Shown: positions 39,770-53,938, counted from the first letter of the stretch. The stretch: DNA of 64,000 nucleotides from Ruditapes philippinarum (GCF_026571515.1 NW_026853088.1:1-64000); one strand, 5' to 3'. The notes: generated by a model from the sequence alone, not told the origin. Numbers and translations: made by a program.

Positions 39770-40008
39770 TGAGCTGTGACATGACAAAACCGACATACAT
39801 TTAGTTGGTTTGCGACCAGCATGGAACCAGACCAGCCTGTGCATCCGCGCATTCTGATCAAGATCCATGCTGTTCGCTTTACCAACTCTATTATAAGTGG
39901 AGAAACTGACAGCGAACAGCATGGATCCTGATCAGACTGCGCAGATGCGCAGACTGGTCTGGATCCATGCAGGTCACAAACACACTATGTTGGTTTTGTC
40001 ATGACTCA
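39770..40008. mobile_element. Palindromic MITE, copy 3 (spacer inverted relative to copies 1 and 2)
   Basis: tgagctgtgacatgacaaaacc...ggttttgtcatgactca; spacer is the reverse complement of those at ~12205 and ~38064. Confidence 0.9.
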
Positions 40009-41834
40009 TATTGTACTTGCCCTGATTTGAACAAACAAATGTTTGTTATCCATTTCAAAGATTGTAATATTGAAATAATACCAGTAATTCTGGTATTCAG
40101 ACAGTTTATCGATGGATCAGTGCAAAACAGACATAACTCCTTCATTATGTAATCTGAGTTACAGCAGTTTTGCACCAAACACTTGATGTACTATTAATCA
40201 CTGTGAAGATGTGCAGGATGACCTGGTTCTATACCAGTGTCTTAGGTGAGTCAACGATAACGATACATTACTACTCTTTTATGAAATCAAATAAGTGCCG
40301 ATCAGTTAAATGGTCAATGTTTATTTACTAGAATCCTTTATAGGAATGAGGGGCCTTCCTACCAATGAAAGCAATAACAGAACTGTAGCCATAAAAGTTT
40401 TTTGGGGACTTGCATCAGACTGAGTGATGAACTAAACATAGGTAATTTAGTATAACATCATTATAGACTTTTATAGAACTCTTTGACTTGAAGTTGGGTC
40501 TTCTTTATAGATAAATAAGAACTCACAAATAGGAAGTAAGCGAAGTTTATCTTATACTATAATTATCAACACATGCCTTACTGAAAAAGCTTAAAATCCT
40601 ATTTCAGCTTTTAATCTCGGCTTTTTAATGAAAATTATGAAACAACTACAGTAACAACAATTTCACCTCTTAACCTGGGCAATCTTCTTGATCTCAATTA
40701 CATAACTTTACAGTTGACCTCACACAAATGACCTACATTTTGCTCTCCCATCTACATTTTTATCCATACAATTATATTAGATTATATATGTAAATATACT
40801 GTATACTGACAAAACTTTCGTATAAACAGAATAAAACCTTCCAAGAACATGAAGCAATGGTAACATCTATATCATAAACATTGCCCGTCTTATAACTGCC
40901 GATAAATATGAGATCAGCTGTGACCCATACTTGATGATGCAACTTTGTTAGTTCAATGATCGATGATAGAATCGTGGAAAAACTTTTCTTATATATTATT
41001 ACAATCTAAAACTTATACAATGGTCAATAGATTAAGTATAAATTCTTTTCATCATACTCCCACACATGTGTAAGTATAAAATCTTCATCTGAATATAGTT
41101 TATACTGATGAATGTCGTAAGTTATATACTGGCCCTGTTACAGGACTGTAAGTTTTTAAACCAGACAACAAAAATCTTGAGTGAAACATTTTACCTGTAT
41201 TCAAACATTTAAATCCCTATGCTTACTCCAAAATCATGGTACATCAAAGGCAAATGAAACAAAGTTATAACCTGACACTCAGTCATAGACTTACACAAAG
41301 TAAATTCCAGCATATGACTACTAGTATGCTACTTTCTGCATTCTTGACTATTATCCAATGACACCGAGATAAACAGCTAAAGGGAAGTAACTGTGTCTTA
41401 GCTTTTTTTTTATCCTATGTTATCCTATTCTATCCTATTCATCTAATGGTGATTTATGTTAATTACTCTTGTTTACTTGAAATAAATTCCTATTGCCTTT
41501 AACAGGCACATAAACATTGTTTTAACATTATAATAGCTTTGATTAACATTGAAGTTTGTTTATTGTTTACTATAGAATGTTAATTATTTTAATTTTATTG
41601 CGTGATGAATAAGGTGACCTTAAAGTCATAAGTATACAACATGATTAGTCTTATCATTAAAGTATCACTCAGTTTATATGTGCTTAAATAATTGACAACA
41701 TTTATTTACTTCACATATTTAATCATTATTTATGTCATTTTACTTAATAGCAACTACTTAAAAAATTATAATATGAAAAGATTTCCTCATAGAAAAAGCA
41801 CTTTTTACCTAGTTCAAGAACATTATGTCTGCTT

Positions 41835-42040
41835 TTAACCCTTAAAGTGGTGGAACCGAAGGTGTTAAGACTAAATTTCCACCAGTATAAGCCAGGCCAG
41901 CTTGCATGTTCATGCAGTCTGACCAGGCTCCATACTGTTGGCTGACAAACTTTAAATTATTCAAATTTATATCCCTTAAATTGATAATGGACAGTCCTAA
42001 AATGGAAGTGGGACAAGTCCTTTTAAAATATTCAGTTACA
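41835..42040 (-). mobile_element. TTAA-ended MITE family copy, opposite orientation to 25664
   Basis: ttaaccctt...ccaccagtataagccaggccagcttgcatg..gcagtctgaccaggctccatactgttggct is the reverse complement of the other copies. Confidence 0.7.
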
Positions 42041-42600
42041 AAACCAGTCAAGAAATTTTTTACATTGTCAACTGTACACAAGCAATCTGACTGCGGACTG
42101 TAGTATTACATATGATCTCCAAACTTGTAAATAGCATTTCAATCTTTTAATTAATCAAATTTACAGTGAATTGGAATGTCAAAGCAATAATGTTTTTGGC
42201 ATACTTATGGACTGGACGTATCTCTTTCTGTACTATTTTTATCAGTACATTTAACTACATAATAATTACATAATGAGAAGACAGCGGACAACTTATGAAG
42301 CCTAGATTCTAGACTACAATAAAACGCACTTAGTAAATATTGCAAATGCAACTGCTGCATAATTTATAATGAGATCATGTATAATGTGAAAAGCTCGGGC
42401 TTTAAATAGTGAGGAAAACCCATGCAAGGTTTGAAGACCAAGATCAGACAGCATGGATTAGCAACAATGTTTGCTCTTTTTTTTTCAAAGTATTTTTCAA
42501 TTTTCTTGAAATATAAAAAAATGAATGCCGAACTACTTGATGCCAGCTGACAAAATGCTGAAGTTTTGTATGTGTGTGGGGGGGGGGGGGGGGGGGGTAT

Positions 42601-42934
42601 CAGGGATTTTTTCCAGGATTTTGGGAACTGCAGTGTGACGACCCATAAATTTCAGTGGTGTTTTGTTCAAAACTGGGAAAAAATGCATGACTGAAATTTT
42701 GCAGTGATTAAATGTATGCAAATAATTACTGTCTATGATGGCATCTTAAAAGATTTAAGCACTATTACAGTGAAGAAGCCCTTATTTGCAAAGATTTTAT
42801 AATTTTCATTCAATATCTTTATTTTGTAACTTTCAATTGGGAATTTTTTCAAGTGGATTGGGAAAATAATATACTATTTTCAATTGGGAATAATGACCCA
42901 ATAACGGCTATAAAAAAAGCAAAAAAAATCCCTG
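42601..42934. mobile_element. MITE with short TIR CAGGGATTTTTT (hAT-like terminus)
   Basis: cagggatttttt at 42601 and aaaaaatccctg ending 42934; no clear TSD. Confidence 0.55.
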
Positions 42935-43163
42935 GGTCATATGGTGACTTTCCAGCTTTAATGGTGGAGATTTAAGACTTCAGGTGTCCTTCTGCGCACA
43001 AAAAATTTCAGGCACCTTAGTAGAACCATGGACATTCTGTAAGCTAGCTGAATAGGTTATTCACATGAAAGAATCTATGGTTCCTGTTCGAACCCACAGC
43101 AGTGGCAGGAAAGTGGTTTGAAGTCAATGAATGACCAGTTAACCACTCAGCCGCAGACACCCC
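42935..43163 (-). mobile_element. tRNA-derived SINE, 21659 family, tail missing
   Basis: Collinear match from ggtcatat..ttccagcttta to ttaaccactcagccgcagacacccc. Confidence 0.85.
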
Positions 43164-44197
43164 TCTAAGGTTCTTGGCCTGCATGGTGTCAGGTATCAAG
43201 TTATTTGCAGTGTTTTCTCTCATCAAGCAAAGCATTAGTTAATGCACTGCAAATTGTATGATATAAATTACATAAATATAACAGAAAGATCTGACATGTA
43301 ACGTTTTTGTAAGAAAATGTACTTACTCTTGTAAATGAGCAGACTCCTGCAAGCACTGTTTAATGAAACATTCCTTATCAAAATATTTCGTAAATACATG
43401 ACTATACTGACTATGATAATAATGGCAATATCCTAGGCCAGGCATCTTCAAACAATTATCAACGATAAAAATTTACAATCTAAACACATAAAGTTAAAAA
43501 ATATTCAAGTTACGATTTAAATATGCTATCAGGCTCGTGACAGACTCTGTAAGTAAATGACATTCCACCAGTGGACTCAAGTTATATATAAATGGTGACC
43601 ATTTTTAATTTCAAGACCTGACCGTTTGATCCTAATCAATACACGTGTCCTACAATGGGGCCAAATGTAAGTGAACACTATATATGATTATCAGAATACT
43701 TCATAAAGGCTATAACCTGCACTTGGTACCAGTCAATATGGCACCATAAATGACCTTAAAGAGTCATGATTTTTTATTGAAGACAATAAAAACCTGCCAA
43801 GCTAACGTGGTAGTGTGCATGCAATACCTGTGAGCATTTTAATATGCACAGAATTTGACCTTAACCTGAACCTTTTGTTTTTTAACGATATTAGTTACAA
43901 AAGCTTTTTATTCTTTCAGCCATACATTAATTAAAATGTGCGTCACTTGGGACTATACCAACTTTGGATCAATAAATATGATCATTATGCTCTTAAATGA
44001 CATAGTAAACTTTTTTTGTAAAGTAGGACTTAAACCAGGCCTTTGTGTTGCCAAAAGGAACTTACAAACTTAAACACTGCACAAAACATGTAGAACAAAT
44101 ATTTCTGCATTCAGTTTAAACTTGATCTATCAGTTTACAATGAATGTTTAAATAAACAAACAAAATGTCCTTCAGTCTGGGTGAGGGACAATTTTAA

Positions 44198-46096
44198 TGA
44201 TAAGTCAGGCACGTAGCAATGTGTGAGTCTTAAGGTTTAAGTCAGGCATATAGCAATGTGTAAGTCTTTATTGATAAGTCAAGCACATAGCAATGTGTAA
44301 GTCTTAAGTTATAACTCAGGCACGTAGCAATGTGTAAGTCTTTAGTTATAAGTCAGGCATATAGCAATGTGTAAGTCTTTAGTTATAACTCAGGCACGTA
44401 GCAATGTGTAAGTCTTTAGTTATAAGTCAGGCATATAGCTATGTGTAAGTCTTTAGTTATAAGTCAGGCACATAGAAATGTGTAAGTCTTTATTGATAAG
44501 TCAGGCACGTAGCAATGTGTAAGTCTTTAGTTATAAGTCAGGCACATAATAATTTGTAAGTCTTTAGTTATAAGTCAGGCACGTAGCAATGTGCAAGTCT
44601 TTAGTTATAAGTCAGACACGTAGCAATGTGTAAGTCTTTATTGATAAGTCAGGCACATGGCAATGTATAAGTCTTTAGTTATAAGTCAGGCACGTAGCAA
44701 TGTGTAAGTCTTTAGTTATAAGTCAGGCACATGACAATGTGTAAGTCTTTATTGATAAGTCAGGCACGTAGCAATGTGTAAGTCTTTAGTTATAAGTCAG
44801 GCACATAGCAATGTGTATGTCTTTAGTTATAAGTCAGGCACGTAGCAATGTGTATGTCTTTAGTTATAAGTCAGGCACGTAGCAATGTGTAAGATGTGTA
44901 TGTCTTTAGTTATAAGTCAGGCACGTAGCAATGTGTAAGTCTTTAGTTATAAGTCAGGCACATGACAATGTGTAAGTCTTTATTGATAAGTCAGGCACGT
45001 AGCAATGTGTAAGTCTTTATTGATAAGTCAGGCACATAGCAATATGTAAGTCTTTAGTTTTAAGTCAGGCACATGGCAATGTGTAAGTCTTTAGTTATAA
45101 GTCAGGCATGTAGCAATGTGTATGTCTTTAGTTATAAGTCAGGCACATAGCAATGTGTAAGTCTTTATTGATAAGTCAGGCACTTAGCAATGTGTAAGTC
45201 TTTATTTATAAGTCAGGCACATAGCAATGTGTAAGTCTTTAGTTTTAAGTCAGGCACATGGCAATGTGTAAGTCTTAAGTTATAAGTCAGGCACAAAGCA
45301 ATATGTCAGTCTTTAGTTAAAAGTCAGGCACATAGCAATGTGTAAGTCTTTAGTTATAAGTCAGGCACAAAGCAATGTGTAAGTCTTTAGTTATAAGTCA
45401 GGCATGTAGCAATGTGTAAGTCTTTAGTTATAAGTCAGGCACATGGCAATGTGTAAGTTTTTTGTTAGGTACAAGTCAGGCACATAGCAATGTGTAAGTC
45501 TTTAGTTATAAGTCAGGCACATAACAATGTGTAAGTTTTTTTGTTAGTTACAAGTCAGGCACATAGCAATGTGTAAGTCTTAGTTATAAGTCAGGCACGT
45601 AGCAATATGTAAGTCTTTAGTTATAAGTCAGGCACGTGGCAATGTGCAACTCTTTTGTTATAAGTCAGGCACATGGCAATGAGTAAGTCTTTCAGTTATA
45701 AGTCAGGCACATAGCAATGAGTAAGTTTTTAGTTATAAGTCAGGCACATGGCAATGTGTAATTTTTTTTTTTATAAGTCAGAACATGGTAATGTGTAAGT
45801 CTTTAGTTACAAAAAATTAGGCACATGACAATGTAGAAGTCTTAAGTTATAAGTCAGGCACATGGCAATGTGTAAGTCTTTAGTTATAAGTCAGGCACAT
45901 AGTAATGTGTAAGTTTTTAGTTATAAGTCAGGCACATGGCAATGTGTAAGTCTTTAGTCATAAGTCAGGCACATGGCAGTGTGTAAGTCTTTTGTTATAA
46001 GTCAGGCACATAGCAATGTGTAAGTCTTTAGTTAGCTTTAAGTCAGGGAGGTAGCAATATGCAAGTCTTTTGTTATATGTCAGGCACATAGCAATG
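44198..46096. repeat. Minisatellite, 37-bp unit ataagtcaggcacatagcaatgtgtaagtctttagtt
   Basis: Directly visible, ~50 units. Confidence 0.97.
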
Positions 46097-49000
46097 ATTT
46101 CAATCAGCCCTGAATCAGACACACTTGAAGGAATTAACAGACAGATTCAAACAGATGCGCATCCTAATAACTACAATAGTAACTAAACTTAGCCTGCTTA
46201 ATGCGGCAACTGAATACTGTGCATATGCAACCTCAGTGCAGACCAAAATCAGTCATGTGCTCATTTGGTTGAATCATGGTCTGCACTGTTCACTATTCAG
46301 GCAGTACATATTTTTACCTATTTTTCTTTTTTTTAAAGGGATGAATGATTTTGTCCAGATTAAGTCCATTTAAGATATTTAATGTGGTGATAATTAAATG
46401 AAGTAGCCACCCTATTGCTCTTGTAACACGGACAGTAAAGAGAATTTTCTAGCCACATAAATAAAAGGAATAGAATGTAATATTAAAGAATCAAAGAAGA
46501 TTAATTTATATATATACCCACTCAAGTCATCTTATATTGGGTAACACAAATAAACTGAAGACTGTTATACAAGCACAAAGATATTTATTAAAGACAGACA
46601 TAAAAATATTTAGCCACAAATGTTCTGCTTTAATATAAATAAATTACAAAACGTGATACCTTCCTGTCTATAGAAATACTGCTCTAGTTCCACCCCAGCA
46701 GTTCACAATTACACCGTAATCGACCTTGAAAATGTTTAGCTAAACAGCTGCTAAACAGCTGATTATAGAGTGCAATGGCCTATATTTAAAGCTGTCGATA
46801 TATAGAACTTCGGTCATTCTATTTTTAGACATCCACATGGTATGGTGGTAAATGGATTTTTTCGTCTTTCTGCCACAGTCAATAAAACAGGAATAATAAG
46901 TTACCTAACTGCACAATGTCAGGAATGTTATTCAACATCACATGTTTATTGTCCAGACAATTAATCTATTAAGTTGTTGTTTTCTTCAAATAAATAGAAG
47001 TGATTATCAAGATTTGATAGCATTAGCTATCAGGTAATATATACGTCACACAACATAACAAATTAAATGGCTCATTTAATTTGTGTACCTAATCAAGTTC
47101 AGGTTCTAAAACTTTTATCATTAGCAGGACTTAAATGTCATTGAATTGAATTTGGAACTGGCATGAATCAGTCCCAAGGTGTAAGTCAAGTCTTGAAGGA
47201 TACCCATAACTGCAGATCACTATACCACAAAACCACCCTACCTATCAAATGACAGACCTCTATGCAAAGCAATTACTCCAAATATGGCAGACGGTCGAGG
47301 GGCATAACAAATTATTTGTAAATTACTTAAATACAAGCAAAATAAAAAAAATTCTTTCATATTAATAGGTAATATTTATGTTTCAAATTAATTATATTCA
47401 AAAAGCCATATAATTCAACTTTAATAGAATTGATTTACTATTCAACTTTAATAGTATCGATCCCTAGCAAATTCGTTTGTAGTTTCACTTATAAATTCTG
47501 TAAACAAGTGACACTGTAATTCTGAATGATTTCAATTTCCAGCCCTATTTATTAACCTTGTGACATTTAATTGTTACCTTGACCATTGAACAGCTGATTG
47601 GGATGTTTATTGTTTATACCCTCTCTATAGAGAATGCTGTTGACTGTTAAGGGGAGATAATAAAAAAAAAATGATTAAATTTTGTTTGTGTGTTAGATTT
47701 TTATAGCTCCCTCTCTCTCTCTTTTTCTCTAATGTAAAAAGGTTTTTCACCACATTTTGAAAAAACATATCCCTTTAAAGTTGATATTTTGCCAAAAACA
47801 CTGACAAATATTATATAACCTGCCACTTATGACATAAACCATCATTTTTATTTCATATAAACAACCAATGCATATCAGCAGAAATACACCAGTGGTTGTT
47901 ATGAAATAATATTACATGGTTAAAATAAACATTAGCCTAAATGTTAATTGTCTGCCTCTCAAACTATTTTGGACGCTTATTCAAATAAATACATGTATAA
48001 ACCATGATTCTTGGAGTAAGCCATTTCCACAATCAAGCTAAGCAAAGGAACACACCTGAGTAATGAAATTTCCAATTTTTACCCCTGAAAGATTTCATGA
48101 AACAACATTTGTCCCAGACAATACAACATGCAATTGAAATTCAAATTTTCAATTTCATCTCAATAGCTTTATGCATATTTTGACCACTTTTTGGTCATTT
48201 ACGTGGTTTGTAAGTCCCAATGATAATGTGTTAATTGTTTCCTTTTGATTACTTCACAATATTACCATTCAATAACTTTTTCAAAATTTTCACGAAAATT
48301 AGCATGAATCTGGAGGCGTGAGCTTTTAACATTTAAAATGCTAGAGACAAAAAGTCCAGCAAAAGATATATAAGCCTTTGCAACATTCTCTGATAATACT
48401 ACTCCAAACTGCCAGACAAGCAGCAGGCTCAAATTCTTTTCAATGCTGGATGGAAGGCACATTTTCAACACAAGTTGAATCAATCAAAGGTCAAACTCCT
48501 CAAGATGTATCTATGTGCAATGTCATAACATACTTGGATCATTGTTTACAAAGGACATTGTAACATTGACCTTTTTATGCAAAATGAGCATCTACATAAT
48601 GTCAATGCACATTTTTGTTACAGGTCCTAGTGACTGACCTTTGACCTGAAAATATGTGTGACAGGAAGAACACATCAAGGTGCAATACCAGTCTGAAGTT
48701 CCTAGGTCAATTAACTTAGAATTAATGGCAGCATTTATATTTTTAACAGTGCCTAAATGAAAACTGGTGTGACAGATCTCATCAAGATACATCCATTTTA
48801 ATGATATAACAGTTTTGTTAGGAAATAGCCATAAAAGTTTGGTAAAGAGGGATCCATGATATTTGTAAAGTTAAAGCTGGCAGTGTTGTCCATTTAAATT
48901 TTACTTAGGTGGTCCTTTTTGAATTAGAGGTGGTCAGTCAAAGAGTGTATACAGCTCGATATGCTTTTGGAAGTCAGTTTGTCCTCCAATCACCGTTTAA

Positions 49001-51325
49001 TGACAACCATGCATTTGCCCTTCCCCCTTGAATCCCAGGCAAAAACAAGGTAATGGACAATTGGACAATTACTTGGAAAAGTCAAGATTTTGATGAAAAA
49101 ATTTTATGCATCTCTACTTATTACTCCTGTAACAGCTGTTGAGTGCATATTCAACCTAAACAAAACCACTTCTTCAGGCATCAGGAGTAAAACAGTCTCA
49201 GGAGTTAGGTTTTTATTGGTTCATTATAAAACCAGCAATTCATTATTAAATGAAATCCGAGTCAAGTTCAATGTCATACTTTGAAATGTAAGTCCTTTGT
49301 CACGTTTCAGTTTACAGAGAAAACTGCAATGAGATTAAACAAACTGGCAGCTTATCTAGAGAGTTCTAAAAATTATAAAATTTTAGTGTTGTCTTTAATC
49401 TAGTACAGTACATTATTGAATGTAATCTTGACCTAGATGGATGTGAACAAAAGTTCTATTTTTAGCACACAAAAAAAATGCAAAGTTTAAAAGTATGGTA
49501 GATCTAATATGACTAGTTTACAAAATCTGTTGGTATCTACATGATGACTCAACGCTTTAAAGGTAGATTAAGGCAACTTATCTTTTCTGTGCATTTATAA
49601 CCCAATTTTTCTAACTTAAATTCAACTTGAGATTTTTCTAAATGAGACTTTTCTTTTATTGATGAAAGAACTTCAAATTTTCATGACAGCTTCATCTGAA
49701 GCAACCAGAAATTCATTTATAATAACAAGAATTTTCACCAAAACAACCAAAATTTTCATTTCCTAGACATCAAAGCATTATTATCTGCTAGATTACACAT
49801 TCAGAGACCTGATAATTATAAAGTTGCTCTTTTTTAATTCAAAACCCCTTGGTTTATATTGAATCAGTTGGTCAAATATCAAGGTCATTCATCTATGTCA
49901 CTTTGATCTTTGAAACAGTTTCCACAAAACAAAGTTCAATACCATTTGATCAACAGTTAAGTAAGAGCCTGAAAGGAAGCATCATGATGGACTTATTCTT
50001 GCGTAGTTTGAGAGGGTTAAAGCAGGTCAAGGTCATTACCATTGCATATGAAAACATTTCCTTCCCAATAATTGGAATAATTTGACAAAGTGCTTTCAAT
50101 CCTCTGATTCTTCATGCCAGTACTAAGTGCCCTTGGAATAAGCTCTATTCCAATATTCAAAATGATAAGACTTTATATACATATATTTATGTACAGTAAA
50201 TATGTAACAGCTAGTTCCGCCTTCTAAAAATTTAACAAATTTCCTATAATCTCCATTGTTATAGTTGATTATATCTTTACTATTTACATGACCTTCCTTT
50301 AAACAAAGAAAGTGCATGGCAATGCCTTTGTGAAAACATGCCGGAACCACGTGTAATCATACCTCGGTGTCTCTAAACAAATCCAAACAGGAGGCATAAA
50401 AACCAATGTCACGTCATTGAACCTAAAGACATTTTATTTCCAATACAACGGAACCAATATTTGCTTAAAACTCCTGCATGCGAGGTTAGGCTATTTGTAT
50501 TTCTCAGAATTACTGCCAGTCACTTAAATGGGCCTTCAATCAAAGTGACTGCTTACGTAAGCATCAATATCCAGCTCGTGTTCATGGCATGATTGCCTTG
50601 AATTGGTGTGAACTTCGTTACAAGTGACACTGACCTTTGCTTTACTGTAATAGAATTGTTGGACTTATGATGATGATCAGTATCTTCATTGATAATCTTT
50701 TAAAGGAATTTATTCCCTTGCAGAAGTTACCTTAAGGCTATAGCACTCTTAATATTGCTGATATGATGGCTGAAAAAATAACACACACTGACATATTACC
50801 CCACCCACTCAGTCACACTATGAGTCAAGTCATAGCGTTATTACTAAATTGACTGTAACTTTTAGACCATTCTCCTTAAAGGTAAAACAAAGAAATTTCA
50901 AAATCACGTAATCATTTTTTTGCAAGGATATTATATATGACCCAAACTAGGTGTTACTAGTATTAAAAAATACTGAATTATTATTATTTATTTTTCTTCT
51001 GTGTACAAAATCATAAATCTTAACATCTTCATAAATCCATCGTTACAGTTGAACTTTTACTTCTTCCTAGAAAGGACATGAAATGAAAACAGATAATGAC
51101 GCAAGCAATAAAAGTAGCATACTACTTATAAGGCTTCGTATGACATCACACATTTATAAATAAAATGATTTGATCATGTAAAAAACAAATCCTTGAGTAC
51201 AGATAGCTTTTGGTACAACAACATTATAATGCTAGGGAGTGCTTTAAGAATTGCGCTTGATTAATATACCATCCTGAAGAAAGAAACAAAAGGAATTTTT
51301 ATTCCATTTTTTAAAATTATTTTCT

Positions 51326-51608
51326 TATTGGTTGGGTTTTACGTTTCACCAACACAGTATACAGAATAGTTCATATGGCAGCTTTCCAGAGGAAAACTTC
51401 AGATTGCCCTTCTGTACATTATTTAAGGTACAAATGGGCACCTGAGTCAAGAACCACCGATGTTCCATGAGCTAAGCTGGATCTTAGCTTCCTCACATGA
51501 AAGAATTCAAAGTCCCTACCGATGTTCCGTGAGCTAAGCTGGATAGCTTCCTCACATGAAAGAATCCAAAGTCCCTGTCGAGATTCAAACCCACAGCAAT
51601 AAGGGGAA
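51326..51608 (-). mobile_element. tRNA-derived SINE, 21659 family, 5'-truncated with internal ~60-bp duplication
   Basis: Collinear match; ccgatgttcc..gagctaagctggat..cttcctcacatgaaagaat.caaagtccct occurs twice (~51456-51576). Confidence 0.82.
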
Positions 51609-52863
51609 AGTAAATTATTAAGCATTAAAGCTAGATGTAAGTTGTAAGAGGTTTTAATTACATTGAAAATAAACAAATATTCTGCTGAAATCGTTCCGGT
51701 TTGTGCAATCCAGAGTTTGCGGTTTACAGAAGCTTTTTATGTACAAAGAAATGCAATAGAAGGAAACAAAACAATTACGCTTTGTTGAGATCATTCTTGA
51801 ATTCACGGAGTTCCTGAGTTAAGGTACCTCATAAAATAAGCAATAAAAACAAAATTATGGTAAGATACTACAATGTACAATGTACATATTTTTTTATATA
51901 TAAATTTATCCATTTATTTTTCTTGTGTGAAATAAATATATTCATTATGCTGTCAAATTACTACCTAAATAACATCCGTCAAATCAAGTCAAATCAACGA
52001 AGGGAGACACCACCAGGCTAAGACAATATAGACATAATGACAGTTCCTATTGCTTAGAATTGTGATAGAGCCACAAATTTTCGGCAAGTTCTTTGACATC
52101 CAGACATGATGTTATAGAAAGTAAATTTGTCAAGGGAGTATTTCCAAGAAAGTGTGATTTATACCTGTCTGCTGGCATTAATGATAAGCTTTATTTTATG
52201 GCTAAAGAGAATTCATTTTCACCCTTCGAACAATCACAGAATCTGTGAGGTATAAAGTGAACTTTATAACATTCTTTTTTTTAAAGAATAGTTTAAGAAC
52301 TCAGGGGAAATTAAAATAATATAAAACCTTGGAAATTGGAATCGTTTTAACAGCTGGAAAATTGTAGTTTCAGATTTTGTTTTGTAATAAATTACAAACA
52401 AACAAACAAACAAACAAAAAGAGAGAACTGTCTGAATATAGTTCAGAAGAATAACTTTTAATGAAAGGGCAACAACTCTTTGCAACTCAAACTAAACTGA
52501 TGATTGGCAGTCACTCATCAAACTGCATCCTGTTCTAACAATATAAATAGACAAAAAACATGCAAAATCTTTAAATCTACAACAGTTTTATGGCTTACTT
52601 AATGAAGCCTGGCTTTTGAAATCCATTTAATCTCATCTTTAATATAGTTAATGTTAAAATTTTTGATTTTTGATATTTTGATCAGCCCATGAAGAAATAA
52701 AAATTTGCTGTATTTATGGAAAGTTGTCATGTCAAATTTTTTTTTTCATCTCTTTAATACACACACTTAAAAAGTCAACTTATATTTAAACAACCTTATT
52801 GTCTGGTAAATTAGGCAAATATTACAGAGTTTTAATTTTTATCTGAGGCAACAGATGCTCAAA

Positions 52864-53938
52864 AACAAGAGGGCCATGATGGCCCTGAAGTCGCTCACCT
52901 GTATATAGGCCCCCCGGAGCGGGGCCACAGTTTAAACCCCATGGCTTTTATTTGAACAAACATGGTAGACACCCATTAGAAGATGTTTCATGCTAGACAT
53001 CAAAGGTCTAGCTTGTTGGATTTTTTAAAAGAAGTTTTTTAAGTTTTTTCTTTCGTTACACATATATTTAAAAACAATGACACACCTGGGGCAGGGCCAG
53101 TTTTGACCCCAGGGCTTTTATTTGAACAATCTTTGTAGGCACTTACTAGAAGATGTTTTATGCTTAATATCTACACTCTAGCTATTCGGGTTTTTTTCGA
53201 AGAAGATTTTTAAGTTTTTGCTATACACATATAAGGAAAATCAATGTCCCCCCGGGGGCCAATTTTGACCCCAGGGCTCTTATTTAAACAAACTTGGTAG
53301 ACATCCATTAGAACATGTTTCATGCTAAATATCTTAGCTCTAGCTCTTTGGGTTCTTCAAAAGAAGATTTTTAAGTTTTTACTATATGCATATAGGAAAA
53401 ATCAATGACCCCCTGGGGCGGGGCCAATTTTGACCCCAGGGCTTTTATTTGAACAAACTTTGTAGACACCCATAAGATGTTTCATGCTAAATATCTTAGC
53501 TCTAGCTCTTTGGGTTCTTTAAAAATAGATTTTTTAAATTTTTACTATATACATGTACATATAGGGAAAATCTATGAACCCCTGGGGCGGGGCCAATTTT
53601 GACCCCAGGGCTTTTATTTGAACAAACTTGGTAGACACTCACTAGAAGATGTTTCATGCCAAATATCTAAGCTCTAGCTCTTTGGGTTTTTTAGAAGAAG
53701 TTATTTAAAGTTTTTTCTTTTGGTTGCCATGGCAACCAAAGTTCTGCATGGAATGGAATTCTTTGAACAACTTTGTTAAGGCTTCACACAAGGAACATCC
53801 CTGTGAAGTTTCATTATGATCTGCCTTATGGTTTCAGAGGAGATGTCGTTTTAAAAGTGTGAACGGACAACGGACGACGTACGACGGACGAAGAGTGATC
53901 CTAATAGCTCACCCTGAGCATATGCTCAGGTGAGCTAA
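52864..53938 (+). mobile_element. Helentron-associated (HINE/DINE-1-like; pearl/DTC84-type layout) element with ~165-bp tandem core
   Basis: 5' palindrome agggccat-g-atggccct and subterminal gctcacctg; ~5 tandem ~162-170-bp units; (GACG)n-like microsatellite; 3' palindrome gctcaccctgagcatatgctcaggtgagc; inserted in an A-run. Confidence 0.88.

Noticed and set aside
42578-42597. Poly-G run (and C-rich tracts at ~20648-20690 and ~62243-62280) as functional G-quadruplexes
   Set aside because: Simple homopolymer or low-complexity tracts next to repeats; length unreliable and no functional evidence.
48480-50040. Perfect DR1 (TGACCTTTGACCT, 48635-48647), DR0 (~50024-50035) and NBRE-like sites as regulatory elements
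   Set aside because: They sit in sequence resembling decayed TGACCTT-rich repeat monomers, and I cannot distinguish them from repeat background.
12920-52520. Other CTGATGA/TCATCAG hits (e.g. ~12982, ~14004, ~14057, ~27577, ~41105, ~52497) as hammerheads
   Set aside because: No properly spaced helix II plus GAAA and cleavage triplet.
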